Assembly: GCA_963770105.1 (NCBI GenBank)
Contig: CAVYOL010000002.1
Coordinates: 832,646 to 896,645 of the forward strand
DNA length: 64,000 nt
From: an uncultured Acidimicrobiia bacterium
GTDB lineage: Bacteria > Actinomycetota > Acidimicrobiia > IMCC26256 > JAENVU01
Direction of reading: 5' to 3'
The position numbers were made by a program, and so were the translations under genes. The notes beneath the pieces were generated by a model, which saw only the letters and a program-made list of their open reading frames with translations, did not search any database and was not told where the DNA came from. Shown here in pieces: positions 21,453-30,513 of this stretch (positions within the stretch are counted from its first letter, which is position 1; the number at the start of each line of letters is the position of its first letter).

Positions 21453-23638
21453 TTGCGACGGTCCATGTGGGATTGTGGAGGTCCGCATGGAACGCCCCCG
21501 CGCCGCTGGCTGCGCTTTTTCGTGATCGTCGCCCTCGGTGGGATCGGCATCGGGGTGTGCCTGGCCGCGCCTCGTCCCCGGCATCGTGAAGATCGCGGGC
21601 TCGAGCCAGTACTCGGGCAAGGTCGGGCCGCTGCTCAGCCGCCAGTGCGCGATCTGCGGCGAGCCGACCACCGTCTACGACGCGAACGGGAAGTACCTCG
21701 ACACGCTCGGTCTGCGCGACCGCCGGCCCGTCCAGCTGAGCGACGTCCCCAAGTCGCTGATCAGCTCGGTGATCGCGACCGAGGACCGGACCTTCTACAC
21801 GAACCCCGGCGTCGACGTGCAGTCGATGATCCGGGCCTTCCTCGAGAACATCGACAAGGGCGGGGTCGAGCAGGGTGGTTCGACGATCACCCAGCAGCTG
21901 ATCAAGAACCGCGTGCTGAAGCACCCGAAGCAGGACCTCAACCGCAAGATCAAGGAAGCCGCGCTCGCGATCCGGCTGAACGAGGAGTGGTCCAAGAACC
22001 ACATCCTCGAGGAGTACCTGAACACCGTGTACTTCGGCCAGGGCTCGTACGGGGTCAAGGCGGCCGCGGCGCGCTACTTCGACAACACGCCGCTCGACAA
22101 GATCGACCTCGCCCAGGCCGCGCTCCTCGCCGGGTTGATCAAGAACCCCGAGGGCGACAACCCGTTCCTGCACCCGTCGAACGCGTTCATCCGCCGGGCC
22201 CAGGTGCTCTCGACGATGCAGAAGCAGCACCGCATCACGAAGGCGCAGCAGGCGCTCGCCAACGCGCAACCGCTGCCGACGGTTCCGCCGCCCGCCGAGT
22301 TCCGTCCCGACAACTACTACGTCGCGACGGTCCGGGACCTGCTCACCACCGATCCGAAGTTCGGGCTCGGCGCCACGGACAAGGAGCGCGAGGACAAGCT
22401 CAACCTCGGTGGTCTCCGGGTCTTCACGGCCTACGACCCGACGAGCGAGTTCCTCGCGCAGTCGTCGATCGACAACACGGTCCCGCTGACGCAGTTCAAG
22501 CTCGCGCTGGCCGCCATGGACCCGAGCAACGGCGACGTGAGGGCGATCGTCGCGGGGCCGCACCTCAGCTTCAACGACTCCCCGTACAACCTCGCGACGA
22601 TGCCGCTGGACACGGGCGCGAACCCCGCGCCGACCGGTCGCCAGCCCGGATCGACGTTCAAGGCGGTCGTGCTCGCCACCGCGCTCGAGAACGGGTTCTC
22701 GGTCAAGGACTCGGTGGACGGGACGTCGCCGTGCACCCTGCGGCTCACCGGCAAGAAGTACAACCCGCTGCTCCGGACCCAGAACGCCGAGGGCGGCGGT
22801 GGCGTCATGAGCCTCCGGAGCGCCACCGAGAACTCGGTGAACTGCGCGTACTTCCGCCTCGGCGCCGCAGTGGGCCTCCAGAAGATCACCGACATGGCGA
22901 AGCGGCTCGGGATCACCCACCCGATCAACCCGGACAACTACTCCCTCTCGATCGGCTCCTCGGACGGCGTCTCCCCGCTCGACATGGCGACGGCCTTCGC
23001 GACCTTCGCCGCCGACGGCGTCCGCCACGATCCGGTGTTCATCACCAAGGTCGAGGACTCGAACGGCCACGTCATCTTCCGGGACAAGGGGGAGGGCGTG
23101 CGTGTGCTGGACCCGCAGATCGCCCGGACGGTCACCGACGTCCTGCGCGGCGTCATCACCCGGGGAACGGGCACCCGGGCGAAGCTCACCGGATCACGTG
23201 GCCGCGGGCAAGACGGGGACGACCGACAACGAGAGCGATGCCTGGTTCGTCGGGTACACGCCGCAGCTGGTGACCGCGGTGTGGATGGGTGACCCGAGCG
23301 CCCGGATCCCGATGCGGCGGGTCGGGAAGTTCGGGCCGATCTTCGGCGGGACCTGGCCCGCGACGGTCTGGCAGAAGTTCATGTCGGCCGCACTCGCCGG
23401 CCAGCCGGAGCTCCCGTTCACCCCGCCCGACCAGAAGCTCTGGCCGTACGGCAAGTACGTGTCGGAGAACGGCCGCGGCAAGACGAGCACGGGCGCGAAG
23501 TTCGGCACGCCGTCGAGCACCACCGGTCGCCCGTTCGGCGCGCCGCCGCGCTCGCCCGCGCCCGCGACACCGAGCCCGACATCGGCGCCACCGCCGACGA
23601 CGCCGAACACCGTGCCCACGTCGACCCCGGGGCCGTGA
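21453..23638 (+). pseudogene. class A penicillin-binding protein (GT51 glycosyltransferase plus transpeptidase), two frame breaks
   Basis: It has a TM anchor (RWLRFFVIVALGGIGIGVCLAAP), GT51 motifs (EDRTFYTNPG, GGSTITQQL, RKIKEA) and transpeptidase motifs (STFK, SVN, KTGTT). The frame changes at about 21570 and about 23190. The exact start is uncertain. Confidence 0.85.
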
Positions 23639-23668
23639 TCCTCGGAGGCGACCGGTAGGCTCGGCTCG

Positions 23669-24391
23669 ATGACTTCGCTCGAGCAGCTCCTCGTGGTCCA
23701 GGAGCACGACTCGGAGGCGGAAGGCCTCCGTCACCGGCGGGCGATCCTCCCGGAGCGCGAGGTGCTGGCGCGCTCCGAGGCCGAGGTCGCCGCGCTGGAG
23801 CCCCAGCTCGCCGACGCCCGCGGGCGGCGTGACGAGGTGGTCCGGGAGGTCAAGCGGCTCGACGACGAGAGCTCGGCCGTGACGGCCCGCATCAAAGAGG
23901 TCGAGAAGACCATGTACTCGGGCACGATCAGCTCGCCGCGCGAGCTCCAGGCGATGTCGGCCGACGTCGAGTCCCTCACCCGCCACAACAGCACGCTCGA
24001 CGACCGCGAGCTCGAGCTCATGGAGCGCCAGGAGGCGCTCGACGCCGAGGTCGGGGGGTTCGAGGCCCGGGTCGCGGAGCTGCGGGCGGTGGCCGACTCG
24101 GCGCGCGGCGCGCTGGTCGAGAAGGAATCGGTGATCGACGCGGAGCTGGCCAAGGAGCTCGAGGCGCGCGGGGTCGCCGCCGGCGCGATCCCGGCCGACC
24201 TGCTGGCGACCTACGAGCGGATCCGCCAGAGCAACCACGGTGCCGGGGTGGCGCGGCTCGTCGGCAACACCTGCCAGGGGTGCCGGCTGACGATCCCGGC
24301 CACCGAGGTGGACCGGATCCACCGCCAGGGCGAGGACGGGACCGTGCACAACTGCGACAACTGCGGCGCGATCCTCGTCCCGACGTCGTGA
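23669..24391 (+). CDS. C4-type zinc-ribbon / coiled-coil protein (DUF164, COG1579; Rv2229c-like)
   Basis: 240 aa: a long coiled coil followed by CQGCRLTIP...HNCDNCGAIL. Confidence 0.8.
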   Translation: MTSLEQLLVVQEHDSEAEGLRHRRAILPEREVLARSEAEVAALEPQLADARGRRDEVVREVKRLDDESSAVTARIKEVEKTMYSGTISSPRELQAMSADVESLTRHNSTLDDRELELMERQEALDAEVGGFEARVAELRAVADSARGALVEKESVIDAELAKELEARGVAAGAIPADLLATYERIRQSNHGAGVARLVGNTCQGCRLTIPATEVDRIHRQGEDGTVHNCDNCGAILVPTS

Positions 24392-24810
24392 CCATCGACA
24401 CGATCGAGGTCCAGTGTGACGGCGGCGCGCGGGGGAACCCCGGGCCGGCGGCGATCGGCGCGGTCGTCCTCGACGTGACCGTCGACCCACCGGTGCTCCT
24501 GGCCAGCGTGAGCGAGTGCATCGGGATCGCCACGAACAACGTCGCCGAGTACCGGGCGTGCATCGAGGGCCTGCGGGCCGCGCTCGAGTTCGATCCGCGC
24601 CGCGTGCGCGTCCGCGCTGATTCCGAGCTGATGATCCGCCAGCTCGAAGGCCGGTACAAGGTGAAGAGCCCGCACCTCAAGCCGCTCTACGAGGAGGCTC
24701 GCGCGCTGCTGGCCGAGTTCCCCGAGGTGGATCTCGCCCACATCCGGCGGGAGAAGAACGCCGACGCCGATGCGCTCGTCAACGCGGCGCTCGACGCGGT
24801 GGATTCGTAG
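24388..24810 (+). CDS. rnhA: ribonuclease HI
   Basis: GTG 24388 overlaps the upstream stop (GTGA). CDGGARGNPGPAAIG...ATNNVAEY.A...GL and ADSELMIRQL fit type 1 RNase H. Confidence 0.8.
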   Translation: MTIDTIEVQCDGGARGNPGPAAIGAVVLDVTVDPPVLLASVSECIGIATNNVAEYRACIEGLRAALEFDPRRVRVRADSELMIRQLEGRYKVKSPHLKPLYEEARALLAEFPEVDLAHIRREKNADADALVNAALDAVDS

Positions 24811-24820
24811 GCGCGCCTCC

Positions 24821-25300
24821 ATGGTGTTCTGGTATCTCGCGCCGTCGATCGTCGCGGTGCACGACATCTTCCGCAGTCGCGGTCTCGACTACCGGCTGAT
24901 CGCGCTGGGTGCGATCCTGCCGCTGCTCATCGACGCGCCGCTCGGGTACTACGCGTACGGCCACTCGCTCTTCGTCGCGGTCGGCGTCCTCGCGCTCGTG
25001 ATGCTCGCGACCATCGGTCGGTCCCGGCTCCTGCGCCGCCAGCTGATCTGCCTGCCGATCGGGTGGATGTGCGGCCTCGTGCTCTCGGGCGCGTTCCTGC
25101 ACAACACGTCGTTCCTCTGGCCCCTGCTCGGCTCGGACTTCCCGCACGACTCCCTCGTCCCGCCGGTCACGATCCTCGTGCTGCTCGATGCCGCGGGCTT
25201 CGCGCTCGGCGTGTGGGCGTGGGGACGGTTCGGCTTGCGCGACCCTGCGAAGCGCGCCGAGTTCTTCCGGCGGGGCCGGTTGCAGGAGCCGGTGACGTGA
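24821..25300 (+). CDS. integral membrane protein (possibly a YdjM/DUF457-like hydrolase)
   Basis: 159 aa from ATG 24821 with 4-5 hydrophobic helices. It sits between the RNase HI and phosphatase genes. The function assignment is weak. Confidence 0.5.
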   Translation: MVFWYLAPSIVAVHDIFRSRGLDYRLIALGAILPLLIDAPLGYYAYGHSLFVAVGVLALVMLATIGRSRLLRRQLICLPIGWMCGLVLSGAFLHNTSFLWPLLGSDFPHDSLVPPVTILVLLDAAGFALGVWAWGRFGLRDPAKRAEFFRRGRLQEPVT

Positions 25301-25878
25301 TCCTCTTCGTGCGCCACGGCGAGACGGAGGCGAACCGGCAGCGGCTCGCGCTCGGGCGCGCCGATCCGGCGCTCACGGAGCGGGGCCGCGAGCAGGCCGC
25401 CGCGTTGGCGGCGCGCATCGAGCTCCTCGAGGTGGCCACCGTGTTCGCGAGCCCGCTGCTGCGCGCTCGCGAGACCGCCGCGCCGATCGCGGCCGCGGTC
25501 GGGGCCGAGGTCGTCGTCGACGACCGGCTGATCGAGCTCGACTACGGCGAGTGGGACGGTCAGAGCTTCCCCGACCTGCCGCCCGACGCGCTCGCGCGCT
25601 GGCGCACCGACCCGACGTTCGCGCCGCCGGGTGGTGAGAGCCTCCGCGCGGTCGCATTGCGCGTCGCGGGACTCTGCACCGAGCTGCTCGACGGACCGAC
25701 CGTCGTCGCGGTCAGCCACGTCTCACCGATCAAGGCCGCGGTCACGTGGGCGTTGGGGGCGAGCGAGGAGCTCGGGTGGCGGATGTTCCTCGACCTGGCG
25801 TCGATCACCCGGATCGCCGGTCGCAACGGTCAGGCCAGCCTGATCGGCTACAACGACACGGCCCATCTGACCCTCTGA
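25297..25878 (+). CDS. histidine phosphatase family protein (CobC/PGM-like)
   Basis: GTG 25297 overlaps the upstream stop. It has the RHGE catalytic motif (ILFVRHGETEAN), then SPLLRARETA and a late VSHVSPIKA. Confidence 0.8.
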   Translation: MILFVRHGETEANRQRLALGRADPALTERGREQAAALAARIELLEVATVFASPLLRARETAAPIAAAVGAEVVVDDRLIELDYGEWDGQSFPDLPPDALARWRTDPTFAPPGGESLRAVALRVAGLCTELLDGPTVVAVSHVSPIKAAVTWALGASEELGWRMFLDLASITRIAGRNGQASLIGYNDTAHLTL

Positions 25879-25921
25879 CCCGCCCGGAAGCGGTCGGGGG
25901 TCACGCATCTAAGGTGCAGGA

Positions 25922-27286
25922 ATGGCCGAACGGTTGACCGTCGACGTCGTCATCGTGGGCGCCGGGCTCTCGGGCCTGAGCGCGGCCCGCGCGCTCGTCG
26001 CCGGCGGCAAGACGGTCGTCGTGCTCGAGGCCCGCGATCGTGTCGGCGGCCGGGTCCACGGCAAGACGTTGCGCGACCGCGAGACCGTGGTCGAGGTCGG
26101 TGGGCAGTGGATCGGGCCGGGGCAGCACCGGATGATCCGACTCACCACCGAGCTCGGGCTCGAGACGTTCCCGACCTACAACGAGGGCGAGAACCTGCTG
26201 CGGTTCGGCGACGCACAGGCGCGCTACCGGGGCGCGATCCCGAAGATCAGCCCGGTGTCGCTCGTCGACATGGGCCAGGCCCAGCTGCGGTTCGACCGGC
26301 TCGCGCGCCAGGTGCCGCTGGAGACGCCGTGGACCGCGAAGCACGCGGACGCGTGGGACTCGGTGACGTTCGCGACCTGGATCAGGCGCAACGCGCACAC
26401 CGACAAGGCGCGGAGCTTGTTCCGCCTCTTCGCGCAGGCCGTGTTCGCCGCGGAGCCCCAGGACTTCTCGCTCCTGCACGCGCTCCACTACACGCACTCG
26501 GGCGGGGGAGTCGACGCGCTCGCCGGCGTCAGCAACGGCGCGCAGCAGGACCGGTACGTCGGTGGCTCGCAGCTCGTGCCGTTCCGTCTCGCCGAGGAGC
26601 TGGGCGACGACGTCGTGCGGTTGAGCACGCCGGTGCGGAGGATCGAGCAACGGGGGGATGTGATCACGGTGCTGGCGGACGGCGTGCTCGTCACCGCGCG
26701 GCACGCGATCGTCGCGATCCCGCCGGTCCTCGCGGGCCGGATCACGTACGACCCGCCGCTGCCCGCCGCGCGCGACCAGCTCACGCAGCGGTTGCCGGCC
26801 GGCTCCGTGATCAAGTGCAACGTGGTCTACGACTCGCCGTTCTGGCGGGCCGAGGGTCTCACCGGCCAGGCGACCGGCGACGAGGGCCCGGTCGGGGTCG
26901 TCTTCGACAACTCACCGCCGTCGGGCTCACCCGGCGTGCTGCTCGCGTTCCTCGAAGGCGCGCACGGACGCACGATGGGTCGGGTCTCGCTCGACGAGCG
27001 CCGGGAGGCGGTGATCGGGAGCCTGGTGCGGTTCTTCGGGCCCAAGGCGGCCGCGGTCGTGGAGTACGTGGAGCTCGACTGGTCCCAGGAGGAGTGGACG
27101 CGGGGTTGCTACGGCGCGCACTTCCCGTGCGGCGTGTGGACGCAGTACGGCTCGGCGCTGCGCGAGCCGATCGGTCGCATCCACTGGGCCGGCGCCGAGA
27201 CCGCGACCGTCTGGAGCGGCTACATGGACGGTGCGTTGCAGTCGGGCGCGCGCGCCGCGACCGAGGTGCTCGCCGACCCGGCGTAG
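25922..27286 (+). CDS. flavin-dependent (mono)amine oxidase
   Basis: It has the FAD dinucleotide fold VVIVGAGLSGLSAA...VLEARDRVGGR and a C-terminal ...HWAGAETA...GYMDGA pattern. Confidence 0.85.
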   Translation: MAERLTVDVVIVGAGLSGLSAARALVAGGKTVVVLEARDRVGGRVHGKTLRDRETVVEVGGQWIGPGQHRMIRLTTELGLETFPTYNEGENLLRFGDAQARYRGAIPKISPVSLVDMGQAQLRFDRLARQVPLETPWTAKHADAWDSVTFATWIRRNAHTDKARSLFRLFAQAVFAAEPQDFSLLHALHYTHSGGGVDALAGVSNGAQQDRYVGGSQLVPFRLAEELGDDVVRLSTPVRRIEQRGDVITVLADGVLVTARHAIVAIPPVLAGRITYDPPLPAARDQLTQRLPAGSVIKCNVVYDSPFWRAEGLTGQATGDEGPVGVVFDNSPPSGSPGVLLAFLEGAHGRTMGRVSLDERREAVIGSLVRFFGPKAAAVVEYVELDWSQEEWTRGCYGAHFPCGVWTQYGSALREPIGRIHWAGAETATVWSGYMDGALQSGARAATEVLADPA

Positions 27287-27302
27287 ACCGGCGGCCCGTC
27301 GG

Positions 27303-28130
27303 TCAGCGGCAGGCCTTCCGCGGCGCCTTCAGGGCCATCGTCTTCTTGAGCGAGTTGAAGTTCCGCGCGTTCGCCGCCGGGCAGAATTTCTTCACACCGA
27401 GGCTGTACTCGATGTTCATCACCGCCTTGCCGGCCGACGTGAACGGGGCGAGCAGCCCGCACTCCTGGTACTGGAAGCACTGCTCGTTGAGCGCCCAGTC
27501 GAAGTAGCCGACCAGCTGCGGGATCTGGTCCAGGTCGTTCTTCAACGCGACGGTGAGGCCACGCGCGTGCGCGGCGTTCGCGATCGCGACGTCGTACGCG
27601 AGCTGGTCCGCCCCGGTGAGCGGAAAGCCCGTGGTGTTCGTGTACCCGTCGACGTTGTCGGGATCGACCGAGTCGAAGCCCTTCTGCCGGCAGAGATCGA
27701 GTCGGGCGTCCATGATCGGCATGAGCAGGTCGAGGCGTCGGACGTCCAGCCACTGCTCACCCGGCCATCCGTTCCCGCGGCCCTTGACGACGGCCGGGAA
27801 GCTCGGCGCGTCGCTGCGCCAGTCCTCGTACGAGCCGGCGCTGAAGTAGCAGGACACCTTGCGGCCCGCCGCGTGGAGTGCGGCCACGGTCGCAGTCGGG
27901 GTGTCGAACAGGTCGACGTCGTAGAGCCGCGCGTTGATCGTCGTCTTGATCCTGCCCTGCAGCTGGATCTGCCAGCTCGTGTTCGCGGGTGGTCTCCAGC
28001 AGGCGCCGGCGCACGGAACCGGCGCCGGCGGTGCGGCGCCCGCGGGCGAAGCCACGAGGGCCGGCAGGAGGCCGGCGAACAGCGTGGCGATGGCGAAGCC
28101 GACCGTGGCCCGACGCCTGAGACGGTGCAC
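27303..28130 (-). CDS. secreted GH114 endo-alpha-1,4-polygalactosaminidase-like glycoside hydrolase
   Basis: It has a signal peptide, followed by WQIQLQG, YDVDLFD, CYFSAGSYEDWRSD, GEQWLDVR and FDSVDPDNVD, which are typical of GH114. Confidence 0.8.
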   Translation of the reverse strand: MHRLRRRATVGFAIATLFAGLLPALVASPAGAAPPAPVPCAGACWRPPANTSWQIQLQGRIKTTINARLYDVDLFDTPTATVAALHAAGRKVSCYFSAGSYEDWRSDAPSFPAVVKGRGNGWPGEQWLDVRRLDLLMPIMDARLDLCRQKGFDSVDPDNVDGYTNTTGFPLTGADQLAYDVAIANAAHARGLTVALKNDLDQIPQLVGYFDWALNEQCFQYQECGLLAPFTSAGKAVMNIEYSLGVKKFCPAANARNFNSLKKTMALKAPRKACR

Positions 28131-28162
28131 GCTTCCCCCTCGGTCGTTCGGCGTGACGCCGG

Positions 28163-29446
28163 TCAGGATGGCACAGCGGACCGGGTGCGGACCGGGAGCA
28201 GCGCGAGCAGGCAGCAGATCACGAACGCGGCCAGCAGGCAGAGCCCCATCGCGGTCGGGCCGAGGAGTCCCGACGCGACGCCGCCGCGGCCGAGGACGTC
28301 GCCGACGACGCTCCAGCCCATGGGGTCCACCATCGGGATCAGCAGCAACAGCGTCAGGACCGTCCGCAACGCGCGGGGCCCGATCTCGTCGTCCGGTCGT
28401 CGCCGGGCGAGCAGCAGGAGCGGCCAGGTCAGGAGGAGCAGGTCGTAGTCCACGCGGAAGATCGGCACCAGGATGACGAGTGCGGCCAACGTGACCGCGA
28501 GCTCGGCCCGGTCACGTTGCGGGTCGCGCGTGTGCAGCCGCCAGGTCGCCCACGCGCCGATCGCGAGGAGCACCAGTCCGAACGCGGTGGCCACGTTCTC
28601 GGAGGGGCGCAGCCCGGTCGCGCGTGCGAGTGCGTTGGCGGCGTCGAGACGGAGCGGAGTCCCGATGCGCGACTGGAGCGAGCGACCGGTCACGTCGAGG
28701 TCGCGGCGGAGCGAGTCGACGAGTCGGCTGACTCCGCCCGCCGCGTGCGCGAGCTCGATGGTTGCGGCAAGGGAGATCGCCACCGCCGCGCCGATGCCGA
28801 TCATCGCGGCGCGCATCCGGCGCCGGCACGCGAGCAGGACGGCCAGCGGGATGCCGAAGGTCGGCTTGGTCAGCGCGAGGGCGAGGCCGGCCCCGGCGCG
28901 GCCGAAGTGCTTCGCGCTCGCCGCGAGGGCGAGGTAGCAGGCCAACACGACGAGCAGCGTCGGCTCACCCGTCCGGAGATCGATCCGGCCCGGACCGCTC
29001 AACAGGAGCAGCGTGCCGACCGCGAACACGGCGTCGGGCCCCGCCCGGAAGCCCGCGAGGCGCAGCGAGACGCCGGCCAGCACCAGGATCAGCGCGAGGT
29101 TCAGGCCGAAGTACGCGGCGCGCGCCGAGGCCAGGGAGAGCAGCGCGAGGGGGAGGTGCACGACAAGATGGACCGGGCTGTAGAGCGGGAACTCCTGGCC
29201 GACCGGATAGCTCCGGTAGTACCGGTCCGGGTCGTAGGGGTTGACCCCGTCAGTGAACGCGACGACGGGGTAGTAGACCGCGTCACGGAAGTCGGTCTGG
29301 AACCCGACGTCCTGGCGGCTCGGCGTGATGTTCTCCCACGTGCTGTGGGTGAGCCAGGCCGCGACCCCCGCGAACGCGAGGACGGCGACGAGCGTGCGCA
29401 GCCAACGCGGGATCCCGGTGCGTGCCGCCGTTCCGGTCGACCCCAT
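28163..29446 (-). CDS. polytopic membrane glycosyltransferase, GT87/DUF2029-like
   Basis: 427 aa with about 10 or more TM helices. The N-terminal loop DFRDAVYYPVVAF..G.NPYD resembles DUF2029 mannosyltransferases. Confidence 0.7.
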   Translation of the reverse strand: MGSTGTAARTGIPRWLRTLVAVLAFAGVAAWLTHSTWENITPSRQDVGFQTDFRDAVYYPVVAFTDGVNPYDPDRYYRSYPVGQEFPLYSPVHLVVHLPLALLSLASARAAYFGLNLALILVLAGVSLRLAGFRAGPDAVFAVGTLLLLSGPGRIDLRTGEPTLLVVLACYLALAASAKHFGRAGAGLALALTKPTFGIPLAVLLACRRRMRAAMIGIGAAVAISLAATIELAHAAGGVSRLVDSLRRDLDVTGRSLQSRIGTPLRLDAANALARATGLRPSENVATAFGLVLLAIGAWATWRLHTRDPQRDRAELAVTLAALVILVPIFRVDYDLLLLTWPLLLLARRRPDDEIGPRALRTVLTLLLLIPMVDPMGWSVVGDVLGRGGVASGLLGPTAMGLCLLAAFVICCLLALLPVRTRSAVPS

Positions 29447-29461
29447 CGGGCGGCAGGGTAC

Positions 29462-29743
29462 TCAAACCCGTTCGAACCGCTCCCAGTCCTCGAGCAGCAC
29501 GACCCGCTGGTGGCTGTTCTTCCACGCGAGGACGGTGAGCACCCCCGGCCAGCCGCCGAGCAGGGTGCCGACGAACATCGCGATGAGCCAGGGCTCTTCC
29601 TTGGCCCGCTCGGTGCGCCAGACCCAGTGCGGGATGCGCCGGACGTCCCGGAAGCCCCAGACCAGCGCCGGGATCGCCACGGCGAAGCCGACCATGATGC
29701 CGACCACGGCCAGGCCGTACTCCGCGCCAGGGGCCAACCGCAC
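29462..29743 (-). CDS. small membrane protein, unknown function
   Basis: 93 aa with two hydrophobic helices. It sits 15 nt downstream of the GT87-like gene on the same strand. Confidence 0.5.
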   Translation of the reverse strand: MRLAPGAEYGLAVVGIMVGFAVAIPALVWGFRDVRRIPHWVWRTERAKEEPWLIAMFVGTLLGGWPGVLTVLAWKNSHQRVVLLEDWERFERV

Positions 29744-30088
29744 CGCGCCACTCTGGCGGTGCGGCGATGAGACCGCAGTGAGAGCAACCAGCCGGTGACG
29801 GGACGGTGGAATCGAGGGCGGTGAAGGTGAAATCGGCGAGAAGAACGGCGAGGACGCCCTGCCACACCGGGCAGGGTGGCGCAGCAGGGCGTCGACTCGC
29901 CGGCAGGGACCGTATCGTCACGTGACGTCCCCCGGCGAGTGCAGTCCGCGAGTCGCTGAGCACCGACCGTCGCGTCCCCACTGCGAACCGTGACGCTGGG
30001 GAGCCACGAGTTTCGCGCTGCGATGCGCCGGGTAGCGCGACAAGAGCCCCCCGTTGTCTTTCGCGGGCTCGCTCGCAGAGGTGGCCCA

Positions 30089-30325
30089 ATGCACGGCGTT
30101 TCGTCGGAGTTCGAGCACGAGGAACGGCCGCAGCTCGAGCTGCTGCGCAACAGCTTGGACGACGCTCGGGACCAGCTGCGTCGTGCCCACCTGCGCCTCG
30201 ATCGCGCGCAGCGTCGAGTGCGGAACCTCGAGGTCGCGGTGCAGAGCTGGCAGGCCCTCGTGACTCAGTACGAACTGACCAATGGGGTTGATATCGGTCG
30301 GCAGACGGCTGAGATCCAGCTCTGA
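30089..30325 (+). CDS. small coiled-coil protein, unknown function
   Basis: 78 aa from ATG 30089. GC3 in frame is roughly 80% by hand count. The sequence is heptad-like and charged (LELLRNSLDDARDQLRRAHLRLDRAQRRVRNLEVAV). A CCCGAG...CTCGGG hairpin follows about 12 nt after the stop. Confidence 0.5.
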   Translation: MHGVSSEFEHEERPQLELLRNSLDDARDQLRRAHLRLDRAQRRVRNLEVAVQSWQALVTQYELTNGVDIGRQTAEIQL

Positions 30326-30513
30326 ACCCGCGCTGATCCCGAGTCGACATGGCCGGCTCGGGTGCGTCATCCTCTCGGGGCCGTGGCGGAGGGGGACAGA
30401 CGTCCCTGGTGCCCCCCGCTGTGGAATTCCGAATCGTCGCGTGACCGCTGGCGCGTCCGAACGTGCCTCGGGACCGATGTTCGCGACCCGCACTACGACA
30501 CGGAGGGGAACGA

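Noticed and set aside
29760-29880. GGTGAAGGTGAAATCGG and CTGCCACACC, resembling pieces of a cobalamin riboswitch (GGTGAAA... and the B12 box GCCACTG)
   Set aside because: These are fragmentary matches only. The B12 box is imperfect, the surrounding helices could not be drawn, and the downstream genes have no link to cobalamin.
30326-30513. The leader of the GH5-like gene contains CCGAATC and G-rich runs, hinting at a ydaO-type c-di-AMP riboswitch, as found upstream of wall hydrolases in Actinobacteria
   Set aside because: I could not find the other conserved core segments (for example ACAGCUAAC or the paired ACGGGG/CCGA pseudo-symmetric halves). An Infernal scan would settle it.
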